This document shows, one piece after another, positions 1 to 7,493 of a stretch of 64,000 bases of DNA; position 1 is the stretch's first letter; every line of letters starts with the position of its first letter. Source of the DNA: a virus; IMG/VR virus record IMGVR_UViG_3300034198_015460, positions 1 to 64,000 of that record. One strand, written 5' to 3'. A program made the position numbers and the translations under genes. Under the pieces are notes generated by a model that was given only the letters and a program-made list of their open reading frames with translations, was not told the origin of the DNA and did no database searches.

Positions 1-70
1 AATTGGCTCGAATGAAGTTTGAAATCACGACGACCGGGTAATTCCCAATCGTATTCAAATCTTACACTGG

Positions 71-78
71 TATTTATA
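71..78 (-). promoter_or_regulatory. T4-type late promoter TATAAATA
   Basis: Exact TATAAATA on the minus strand; the gp55 late sigma factor is encoded in this window. Confidence 0.6.
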
Positions 79-79
79 T

Positions 80-157
80 TGGTGCCCCAAACGAGACTCG
101 AACTCGCATCTCACAGGTTGAAAGCCTGTTGCTCTATTCCAATTAAGCTATTGGGGC
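80..157 (-). tRNA. tRNA-Glu(UUC), copy 1
   Basis: Cloverleaf with acceptor GCCCCAA/TTGGGGC, anticodon arm ACAGG-CTTTCAA-CCTGT, T-loop TTCGAGT and encoded CCA. Confidence 0.9.
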
Positions 158-164
158 TTAATTG

Positions 165-324
165 CCCGACTCACTACGTATTGGGTTAGGACTTGTCGAG
201 TGTAAGGAATCTCGACCAACACCAGCATCAAAGACCAAAGCCCTGTAAACCATGGGTGGGTTTATCGGTTTTACCAACAGTCATTTTGAAGTCGGGTACC
301 CCATTTGCTCCGACTAGTCTTTGA
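165..324 (-). ncRNA. Putative structured ncRNA between tRNA-Glu and tRNA-Thr
   Basis: Nested inverted repeats 228-235/317-324, 290-295/310-315, 246-251/259-264 and 195-200/211-216; no ORF in the track. Confidence 0.5.
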
Positions 325-327
325 AAA

Positions 328-402
328 TGGTGCCCACGGAGAGATTTGAACTCCCAACCTACTGATTACAAATCAGTTGCACTACCGTTGTGCTACATGG
401 GC
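328..402 (-). tRNA. tRNA-Thr(UGU)
   Basis: Cloverleaf, anticodon arm ACTGA-TTTGTAA-TCAGT, encoded CCA. Confidence 0.93.
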
Positions 403-405
403 AAA

Positions 406-481
<76 letters not shown>

Positions 482-486
482 ATAAT

Positions 487-564
487 TGGTAGCGAGGGTA
501 GGATTCGAACCTACGACCTTCTGGGTATGAACCAGACGAGCTAACCAGACTGATCTACCCGTCC
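487..564 (-). tRNA. tRNA-Met(CAU), fMet-like body with mismatched acceptor stem
   Basis: Anticodon arm TCTGG-TTCATAC-CCAGA, T-arm GTAGG-TTCGAAT-CCTAC and CCA are present; acceptor GGACGGG/CCTCGCT is poorly paired. Confidence 0.7.
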
Positions 565-571
565 GTATATG

Positions 572-649
572 AATATCATCGTATAGGATTTGCACCTATC
601 TCTCATCTCATTCCGCAGATGTGTCCTAACTTATAGACGAACGATGATA
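572..649 (-). ncRNA. tRNA-like RNA with 8-nt anticodon loop and no encoded CCA
   Basis: Acceptor TATCATCGT/ACGATGATA, D-arm GTCT..GGAC, arm CATCT-GCGGAATG-AGATG, T-arm ATAGG-TGCAAAT-CCTAT. Confidence 0.65.
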
Positions 650-660
650 ACTGTATTCTT

Positions 661-772
661 TACACCTTATCGGTTTAGCCCTTTAGCTAATGAAGTCAGC
701 AATCCGATATTCGCAAGCATTCCCTTCTGTTAGTCTTGCTAGGTCTCTCCTGCGTATCTAGAAAGCAGGATA
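661..772 (-). ncRNA. Putative three-hairpin structured ncRNA
   Basis: Stems at 668-673/704-709, 713-717/735-739 and 748-753/765-770. Confidence 0.4.
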
Positions 773-775
773 ATT

Positions 776-853
776 TGGCGCTCCGCGTCGGACTCGAACC
801 GACATTGCACTCATTGAAAGCGAGGGTTCCTATTCCAATTAGAAGAACGGAGC
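776..853 (-). tRNA. tRNA-Glu(UUC), copy 2
   Basis: Acceptor GCTCCGT/GCGGAGC, Glu-type D-arm, anticodon loop CTTTCAA, G73 and CCA. Confidence 0.9.
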
Positions 854-904
854 AAAACTTCGGACCCGTAACTTGTTAAGACGCCACGGAGTCACGGGCG
901 CAAA

Positions 905-978
905 TGGTTGTCCCTACTGGTATCGATCCAGTGTCTCCGTCTTATCAGGACGATGCTCTGCCTCTGAGCTACCGGTCC
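905..978 (-). tRNA. tRNA-Ile(GAU) with unpaired acceptor stem
   Basis: D-arm GCTC..GAGC, anticodon arm TCGTC-CTGATAA-GACGG, T-arm ACTGG-ATCGATA-CCAGT and CCA; acceptor GGACCGG/AGGGACA has only 3 of 7 pairs. Confidence 0.7.
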
Positions 979-985
979 AGAATCT

Positions 986-1001
986 GGGAGCTTTCGCTCC
1001 C
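986..1001. terminator. GC-rich hairpin (terminator or processing signal)
   Basis: GGGAGC-GAAA-GCTCCC on the minus strand just after the stop of the upstream ORF; a U-tract is present only on the plus strand. Confidence 0.5.
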
Positions 1002-1006
1002 TTATT

Positions 1007-1264
1007 TTAGCGAGAAGAAGCTAGTGCCTTATAACCAGCAGCAATAACTTCACGAGAAGGCTGACCAAGGAAATACTTATTAGTCACGCGACCCTTTGAG
1101 TCAACACATTCACGCTGATTGATAGGCCAACCAGACATACGAAGCTGATAAACAGCATCATATGGATTTGCAATACTAAACCGAGAACGGATTTGCTTTG
1201 CTGTTAGCCAATCGCCCTTAACAACTAGGGCATCGAATACACGCTTCGCTTGATTTGTCATCAT
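1007..1264 (-). CDS. Small winged helix-turn-helix DNA-binding protein
   Basis: HTH-like pattern LTAKQIRSRFSIANPYDAVYQLR; start reassigned to the ATG at 1264 behind an AAGGAG RBS. Confidence 0.65.
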   Translation of the reverse strand: MMTNQAKRVFDALVVKGDWLTAKQIRSRFSIANPYDAVYQLRMSGWPINQRECVDSKGRVTNKYFLGQPSREVIAAGYKALASSR

Positions 1265-1283
1265 ATTTTCATACTCCTTTAAA

Positions 1284-1463
1284 TTATAAAATATCAACAA
1301 GTCTACCGTTAGTATCCACTGCACGAATTCTCCGTTCCGGAAAGTTTTCTTGCAGCTCACGCATTGCAGAAGAAACCATAAAACTATTGTTAATAGTTCT
1401 CCGATAAGTCCTCCACAAACCAGAAGAATCCAAAGATTGAATATCGATCATATCTTCCATCAT
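1284..1463 (-). CDS. Hypothetical 59-aa protein (below the ORF-track cutoff)
   Basis: MMEDMIDIQSLDSSGLWRTY...RIRAVDTNGRLVDIL with a GAGGAGG RBS and a sigma70 promoter upstream. Confidence 0.75.
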   Translation of the reverse strand: MMEDMIDIQSLDSSGLWRTYRRTINNSFMVSSAMRELQENFPERRIRAVDTNGRLVDIL

Positions 1464-1490
1464 TGTATCCTCCTCAATTTCAACACCATT

Positions 1491-1519
1491 AGTATAGCCT
1501 ATAATTTGGTCTAGGTCAA
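1491..1519 (-). promoter_or_regulatory. Sigma70-type early promoter
   Basis: TTGACC-N17-TATACT. Confidence 0.7.
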
Positions 1520-1705
1520 GCTTTTATTGAAGGCTTCTTCAATTTTTTTCTTGAGATTTTCTTTTTCTTCTTCTATCTTTTTGTTTAGCTGCAAACAAGC
1601 TCTGTAGTTTGAAGATATTTTCTTTTCTATCAACATCTCTGCTTTTAAACCTGTTAAGAAATCAATAGACTCAACAATCTCATTTATCAGCTGCTTCGAT
1701 ATCAT
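1511..1705 (-). CDS. Hypothetical coiled-coil protein
   Basis: 64-aa ORF in operon context, overlapping the upstream ORF. Confidence 0.5.
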   Translation of the reverse strand: MISKQLINEIVESIDFLTGLKAEMLIEKKISSNYRACLQLNKKIEEEKENLKKKIEEAFNKSLT

Positions 1706-2036
1706 CCAAACCCCCCAAATCTAGATTATCAACGATTATATATTTTGAATCTTTATCAATGTTTGAATAGGCTTCAAGAATATGTCTAACTTGAAACAGT
1801 TGTTTCATAACTATAGCTATAGTGTCTTGGACAATTTTATCGTTTTTTCCATCTTGTAGATCTGTAAGAGCAGAATCTAGATTTGAGTCCACAGCTCTAT
1901 CAATTTGAATTTTAAACAATTTGCCTTGATTGTCTAAGGTTTCTTGAGTTTCTAATTCTGGAAACAGAATACTTTTTATTTTTTCCAGTCTGATTTCATC
2001 TGGAGTCTTATCTCTTTTTTTTAACCAAGAAAACAT
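1680..2036 (-). CDS. Hypothetical protein
   Basis: 118-aa ORF with RBS, downstream of regA. Confidence 0.65.
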   Translation of the reverse strand: MFSWLKKRDKTPDEIRLEKIKSILFPELETQETLDNQGKLFKIQIDRAVDSNLDSALTDLQDGKNDKIVQDTIAIVMKQLFQVRHILEAYSNIDKDSKYIIVDNLDLGGLDDIEAADK

Positions 2037-2053
2037 AATATAAACCCTTCAAA

Positions 2054-2446
2054 TTATTTCTTTTTACGACCCATATTATATTTGGTTTCTAGAATCCACT
2101 CAATTTTTTCTTTATGGTTAAGAATTTTAATTTGATTCATTGATGCCAGAGGAGAACTAATTTCTTCCGAATTGACAACTGTCAATAAACCCCATTCTTT
2201 TAACAATTCAACAATTTTGTTTCGCCTTGCTTTATCTTCTTCGGTAAAATTAGAAGGTTTACCATCAATAGCAAACATTTCTTTAAAATGAACAATATAA
2301 TATTTCCCTTGTTTATGGAAAATATGGCATGATTGGAATAATCTTTTCTCTTTTCTTGAAGCAACACCAATTCTAGTTAATGTTTCTTTAATTTTTAAGA
2401 AATCTTCCTCCTCTGCAATCTTCACTTCGATTAAATTTTCTATCAT
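2054..2446 (-). CDS. regA: RegA translational repressor
   Basis: Signature DFLKIKETLTRIGVASRK..LFQSCHIFHKQGKYYIVHFKE; T4 gene order 45-44-62-regA. Confidence 0.97.
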   Translation of the reverse strand: MIENLIEVKIAEEEDFLKIKETLTRIGVASRKEKRLFQSCHIFHKQGKYYIVHFKEMFAIDGKPSNFTEEDKARRNKIVELLKEWGLLTVVNSEEISSPLASMNQIKILNHKEKIEWILETKYNMGRKKK

Positions 2447-2928
2447 TTAACCCCACCTTTTTCTTGTTTTTTTCTAATAAACTCAATCTGTTCCTTTGTA
2501 AGAATTTTTAGAACTTCTTTGCTTCTCACAATATTGTATTTATAATATTCTGAAATTAGTTCTATTAATTTTTCTTCTTCTTTACGCCGGTCCAGTTCTT
2601 CCTGGGGTGTCTTTTTACTGAAGCGTTTATGTTTACGAACAGAATAAAAAAGATAATCGTATTGCATCTGGAACGGAAGATGATACATCATATTAACAAT
2701 ATTAGCATCAAATACCGTTTCTGGGTAATTAGATAGGATATTATTTGTTCTCCAAGGATTATATTTCTCATCTTGATCGGAAAGGATCAAACGCTCCTTT
2801 CCGGTATTGATGCTGTTTTCGTACCTCCAATCATATCTTTTATCTGTTGTTTGTTTCTTTTCTACAGAAGGCTCTTCTCGATCTTCAAGAAGAACATTAA
2901 CAAATTTCTTTTTTACAGGAACTCGCAT
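2443..2928 (-). CDS. 62: Clamp loader small subunit gp62
   Basis: YNPW..N..LS, QYDYL..VRK.KRF and I.EYYKYN motifs; lies between gp44 and regA. Confidence 0.85.
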   Translation of the reverse strand: MRVPVKKKFVNVLLEDREEPSVEKKQTTDKRYDWRYENSINTGKERLILSDQDEKYNPWRTNNILSNYPETVFDANIVNMMYHLPFQMQYDYLFYSVRKHKRFSKKTPQEELDRRKEEEKLIELISEYYKYNIVRSKEVLKILTKEQIEFIRKKQEKGGVK

Positions 2929-3851
2929 TCTTGCATTACCTTCAGGAGAAAAGCTACAAAATTAATCTCTTGATTGGCCACAAACGCATTTTGATATTGA
3001 TATGTAGCAACCTCAAGAATCAAAACGGGAACGCTTGATTTTGCAAAATAGTCATATGCAGTTTCGTAGAACTCTGTATATAGATCAGAAACATCTGAAT
3101 CCATATTGTTCTTGACCCATTTACGAACTTCTGTTAGATTTTTATCCTTCATGAATTGAATCAATTCCTTAAGATTAGTTTCTCGCATATTAGCAAGAAT
3201 ACCAGAATCGATCTTACCGGTGGCTGAATATCTCTGAAGCTCATTGATAACACGGCGCCAATCTGGAAAATATTTATTGATTAGTTCCGCTACTACAGGC
3301 TTTTCATATTGGACGTTTTCTTTGTCGAGAATATAGAGAATTCTCTTCATAAATTGGGAAGCTAACTTCGCCATGTCCTTTTTTGAAATATTAAAATCAA
3401 TAACAGAACACCTAGAATGTAGGGGCGAGATTAGCTTATTCTTATAATTACAAGTCAGAATAAACCCACAATTCCGAGAAAACTCCTCCATAAAATTGCG
3501 AAGAGCAGGTTGTGTTGAGTTTGGATTAAGGTAATCCGCCTCGTCAAGAATTACATATTTACGACCACCAGAAAGGGAAACGCTCGAGGCGAAAGTTTGA
3601 ATTTCATTCCTAAGCGTATCAATGTTTCTATCTTTTGAACCGTTGATGATGATATAATCACAACCAATTTGTTCTAACATAGCACGAGCAACTGTGGTTT
3701 TACCCACACCTGCAGAGCCAGTCAAAAGGAGATTTGGAATATTTTTCTGATCGACAAATTGTTGAAACACAACTTTCAAATTTGTAGGAAGAATAGTATC
3801 TTCAATAGTTTTTGGCCTATAAACTTCAACCCAAAGAAAATCTTCAATCAT
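2913..3851 (-). CDS. 44: Clamp loader AAA+ subunit gp44
   Basis: LWVEVYRP, Walker A GSAGVGKTT, Walker B ILDEAD, SRC motif. Confidence 0.97.
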   Translation of the reverse strand: MIEDFLWVEVYRPKTIEDTILPTNLKVVFQQFVDQKNIPNLLLTGSAGVGKTTVARAMLEQIGCDYIIINGSKDRNIDTLRNEIQTFASSVSLSGGRKYVILDEADYLNPNSTQPALRNFMEEFSRNCGFILTCNYKNKLISPLHSRCSVIDFNISKKDMAKLASQFMKRILYILDKENVQYEKPVVAELINKYFPDWRRVINELQRYSATGKIDSGILANMRETNLKELIQFMKDKNLTEVRKWVKNNMDSDVSDLYTEFYETAYDYFAKSSVPVLILEVATYQYQNAFVANQEINFVAFLLKVMQECEFL

Positions 3852-3868
3852 TTTATATCTCCATAACG

Positions 3869-3893
3869 AAAAGAAATGGGGGAATTACCCCCA
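3869..3893 (-). terminator. Rho-independent terminator between genes 45 and 44
   Basis: TGGGGG-TAATT-CCCCCA followed by TTTCTTTT. Confidence 0.65.
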
Positions 3894-3897
3894 CATA

Positions 3898-4551
3898 TTA
3901 AAATTCAGAGTTGCTTTCTACTGCAATCCAGTATTCAGCTTCCTTTCCAACAAAATGTGAAATTCCCCTAGAACAAATAGATACCTGATAATCACCAGGA
4001 AGAATTTTAATATTGTCAGATTTAAAAATCGCTTTGAAAATTTTGTCAGTTTCTCCAATATCGATTGAAAAATAATCTTCTGTAGTATTTTTAGTATCTG
4101 CTGCTTGTAGAGCAATAACATTTTCAGCTCCAAGAATAACCAGTTCTGGCAAACCAAGAACTCCAAGAGCTTTTTCAACATCCTTTAGATGATCGTTTGA
4201 TAGAAAAAACGAGGCATCAATTGATGGGAGAACTAGATCTTTTTCTGGAGACTTTTTAATTGTGCTTTCGTCAGCATAAGCATAATTTGTTGTCCTTTTT
4301 CCATCTGTAATCTTAACAGATTTTTCCCCAAAAATTAGCTCTGGATCGGAAAAAAGACTTAGGATTGAAATGAACCGATCTAAATTATAGATAGCAAAAC
4401 GATTAGGAAATGCAGTGCTAACTACTGCCTTTGCCATGATTGTTTTTGCTGGAGAAATAGTTTTAATCACATTTCCTTCTTCAATCAAGATAGAAGGATT
4501 AATTTTCGCGAAATTCTTTAGAACATTGATAGTGTTTGTGTCGATTTTCAT
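3898..4551 (-). CDS. 45: Sliding clamp gp45
   Basis: T.NVLKNFAKINPSI, FAIYNL..F, NIKILPGDY.V.I and YWIAVE motifs. Confidence 0.96.
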   Translation of the reverse strand: MKIDTNTINVLKNFAKINPSILIEEGNVIKTISPAKTIMAKAVVSTAFPNRFAIYNLDRFISILSLFSDPELIFGEKSVKITDGKRTTNYAYADESTIKKSPEKDLVLPSIDASFFLSNDHLKDVEKALGVLGLPELVILGAENVIALQAADTKNTTEDYFSIDIGETDKIFKAIFKSDNIKILPGDYQVSICSRGISHFVGKEAEYWIAVESNSEF

Positions 4552-4566
4552 AATATATCTCCTAGT

Positions 4567-5418
4567 TTATTTTCTTTTACCACCAAGTTGAGAAGGATCG
4601 GCTGTGGCGGAAACGCCGATAGAAGCCAAGTCTGCCAGAGAACCACCAAAGATATAGCTACCAACGTGATTCATTTTCATCCAAGGACATAGCCAAGTAC
4701 GTAGTCCAATTTCTTGTGCTTTTTGACAGAACCAATAATCTTCTGATAGATAACGCTTTGATACTGGATCAACTTCTGCCTGAAAGAACATCATAATTTC
4801 ACGCGAACCATCAAAATGTTCTGTGCGAACGTGATCTGGTTTGTACATATACTGTTGATATGAATCAAAGAATTTCTGCATAGCGTTCTTTGTTACCATC
4901 ATGAATCCAGTACCAATTTCAAGAACTTCACAAGGATCGCTGATGGCGATTTGAGATTGACCTGATTTGGGATTAAAAACATAATCACCAACAAAACGCT
5001 CAAGAACATTTGGGTCTTGGTCTGCAATACCCTTATCTACAGCAACTTTAATTTTTTCCCATGAAATACATTTTTTAGGATATGGACCACCAATAATATC
5101 ATATTTCTCTGGTTCCATAGTTTGTAGAGCCATTAGTGCAATGACATCTTGTGCATTGAATCCAATGTCAGAATCGATAAACATTAGATGTGTTGCATCA
5201 GAACGCATAAACTCATCACAACAATAATTTCGAGCACGAGTAATCAGTGATTCATTAAAGAGAAAATAGAATTGTAGTGGAATACCATATTGAGCACATG
5301 TGGCTGATAGATCAGAAATAGACCTAGCAAACATACCAGCACATTGACCACCATACATTGGGGTCGCCACAAACAATTTACCTTTTCTTAGTTCTTCTAC
5401 AGATACATTAATTTCCAT
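4567..5418 (-). CDS. GT-A fold glycosyltransferase-like protein
   Basis: FVATPMYGG, ESLITRARN, DxD motif FIDSDI, GTGFMM and LSEDYWFC. Confidence 0.8.
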   Translation of the reverse strand: MEINVSVEELRKGKLFVATPMYGGQCAGMFARSISDLSATCAQYGIPLQFYFLFNESLITRARNYCCDEFMRSDATHLMFIDSDIGFNAQDVIALMALQTMEPEKYDIIGGPYPKKCISWEKIKVAVDKGIADQDPNVLERFVGDYVFNPKSGQSQIAISDPCEVLEIGTGFMMVTKNAMQKFFDSYQQYMYKPDHVRTEHFDGSREIMMFFQAEVDPVSKRYLSEDYWFCQKAQEIGLRTWLCPWMKMNHVGSYIFGGSLADLASIGVSATADPSQLGGKRK

Positions 5419-5462
5419 CTTTTAATCATCCTTTGTAATTGTGTATAAGTCAAGCTTTTTAT

Positions 5463-5996
5463 TTATCCAATCATAGAACAAATTTTGTTGAAAACTACTT
5501 CTTGATCGGAAAAATTATTATTGTCAAATTTGTCTACACTAAACATCAAAACGAAATTTGATAAAATATTAGATATTTTGCTTTCTCGGCCAGCTAGCCA
5601 AGTTTCGTTTTGTTCGCTGCCTCGTTCTTTGTATCGCTCTTGGCGAACTGGTTTATCTGTTCGTAGATAGATAATCTGCAATTCGTATTTATCCAAACAG
5701 TCTTCCAGAAAAGAAGCTGTGAATAATCTATCTCCCTCGTAAAGAACAATAGAATCTTTTGGTAAAGTCTCAAGGAATTTAATAGCTTCTGGTTGCACAG
5801 CCATACTCATGCGATCTGTTCCTTGGGCGTATCCACCTTCTTCATATTTACCTAATACGTAAATATTGTTATGCTGTAGATAAGGCACCAGTTTTACTGA
5901 TTCATATTTGGGTAACATATTATATTTTTCAATAATTTTCTTCATAAGAGTGGTTTTACCACACCCTGGTTCTCCACCAATTGCAATTACAAGCAT
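5463..5996 (-). CDS. P-loop nucleotide/DNA-base kinase of the modification locus
   Basis: Walker A GGEPGCGKTT, GTDRMSM and EGDRL motifs; adjacent to the aGPT-PPlase2-like gene. Confidence 0.75.
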   Translation of the reverse strand: MLVIAIGGEPGCGKTTLMKKIIEKYNMLPKYESVKLVPYLQHNNIYVLGKYEEGGYAQGTDRMSMAVQPEAIKFLETLPKDSIVLYEGDRLFTASFLEDCLDKYELQIIYLRTDKPVRQERYKERGSEQNETWLAGRESKISNILSNFVLMFSVDKFDNNNFSDQEVVFNKICSMIG

Positions 5997-5997
5997 T

Positions 5998-6984
5998 TCA
6001 ATTCTCCAAATATGCCAATAAATCATTATTGAAGTCGTTTTTTTGGAACAACCCTGTAGCGTCTAGTATATTTTTGTTGAGGTATAGAGACATTTTACTA
6101 TTGTTTATGCTATTAGTCAACAACTTTTTTTCTAAACTTTCGTTTCTAAAATCCCAAAGAGGTTGCCAATCAATTCCATCCCAATTATCTTTTTCACAGG
6201 CTTTAATTTCTTCGGCTTGTCTATCTAGATAATATCCCAAATACCTTCCATGAGATACTCTAAAAAGCTTCTTGAAACTACAAAGAACTGTTTCCATATC
6301 AAAGTAATCAGTATTAGGATACTCTTTCTTGACCTCTTCAAGAATATAATAAGCCTGACCGTCTAGGTATTCTATTTCTTTATTGTTTAATTTTTTATCA
6401 TACCATTCATCAAGACCAAGAGCCATGACAAGACCGTTACGATGTGAACGACTGCCTTCGTGATCATCTAACATCAAATGAGATGGTTCTATGGGCAAGT
6501 TACAACATTGTTTTAATGTTTGTAAATAAAACCAAGTTGAATAACGACCAAATTTGTGAAATTTGTTTTTTACTTCTTGCCAAAGTAAATCAAAATTCTC
6601 TTTTACTGATCCTTGGAGGAATTCCGCAAAAGCTTCTGATTGAGAACTATCACCAACCCATTGTTTGTAACTTTCGAACTGCTTTGGAAGATGACCTTTG
6701 TTCCATTTGGTGTCAGTTTGATAACGGAGCCGTTTGTAATTGTTATTGTTCCATTCGCGGAGTCTTTCGATTCCGACGAGTTCCATATCTGGGAATTCAT
6801 TCCATATCACCCATGTAGTTGGAAAATAATATGTTGTTCCATAAATCCAAGCAATCCATAATTTTTGCTCGATATTGTGTTCAAATCTTTCAAAAAGATA
6901 ATTTGTCATATGTATAGCTGGATCGCAGTCCCTTATTTCAAGGGACCACTTATACCAATTTATAAAATCTTTTTTACGATTCAT
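5998..6984 (-). CDS. aGPT-PPlase clade 2 / amino acid:DNA transferase-like protein (HhH-glycosylase fold)
   Basis: DCDP, RLRYQTD.KW, KFGRYSTWFYLQ, SRSHRNGL, METVLCSFKK and RYLGYYLDRQ motifs. Confidence 0.75.
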   Translation of the reverse strand: MNRKKDFINWYKWSLEIRDCDPAIHMTNYLFERFEHNIEQKLWIAWIYGTTYYFPTTWVIWNEFPDMELVGIERLREWNNNNYKRLRYQTDTKWNKGHLPKQFESYKQWVGDSSQSEAFAEFLQGSVKENFDLLWQEVKNKFHKFGRYSTWFYLQTLKQCCNLPIEPSHLMLDDHEGSRSHRNGLVMALGLDEWYDKKLNNKEIEYLDGQAYYILEEVKKEYPNTDYFDMETVLCSFKKLFRVSHGRYLGYYLDRQAEEIKACEKDNWDGIDWQPLWDFRNESLEKKLLTNSINNSKMSLYLNKNILDATGLFQKNDFNNDLLAYLEN

Positions 6985-7429
6985 AAAAATTTCTTAAATC
7001 GTTTGTCTTTAAGTCAATAAGAAAACGAATATTTTTATTTAAATCTCTATCCGCCAAAAACAAATCTTTATCTTTTGGTTGTGGTTCTGTATTTTCCATC
7101 CAGGAATCAGCCGTTTCTATTAAAGATTGCGGTAGTTGAGAAAAACTATACATCTTTGCACCACCACCATTGCTTTGATTATACCAAGCGTCATTAGTAA
7201 CAGCATTATTTTTCGAAAGAATATAGTGTTCTAGAGTCATACAATCATCAACAGCGCCTCGATGAATTACTGTTTTACGCAGAAGTCCATGAGACCATGC
7301 ATGGCGCAAAGGATAATTGTCAGAGGAGAAAACATAACCATCATTTTCTTCATTGGTTTTATGATAACCAACATAGCGCATTCCGTTTTCAACATTGATA
7401 TATCCATAAACAATAGCTTCGTATTTCAC
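6974..7429 (-). CDS. GIY-YIG-like protein, possibly truncated
   Basis: VYGYINVENGMRYVGYH..DGYVFSS..E..L...WYN.SNGGG; GTG start. Confidence 0.6.
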   Translation of the reverse strand: MKYEAIVYGYINVENGMRYVGYHKTNEENDGYVFSSDNYPLRHAWSHGLLRKTVIHRGAVDDCMTLEHYILSKNNAVTNDAWYNQSNGGGAKMYSFSQLPQSLIETADSWMENTEPQPKDKDLFLADRDLNKNIRFLIDLKTNDLRNFYES

Positions 7430-7464
7430 AATTTTATCCCTTTTACACGAAAAATTCAGAACAT

Positions 7465-7493
7465 ATTATAACATTATTCAGAGTAAAAATCAA
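7465..7493 (-). promoter_or_regulatory. Sigma70-type promoter internal to the modification cluster
   Basis: TTGATT-N17-TATAAT. Confidence 0.55.

Noticed and set aside
5425-5455. Sigma70 promoter for the glycosyltransferase
   Set aside because: A good -35 (TTGACT) is present but the -10 at 17-nt spacing is GATGAT, too weak to call.
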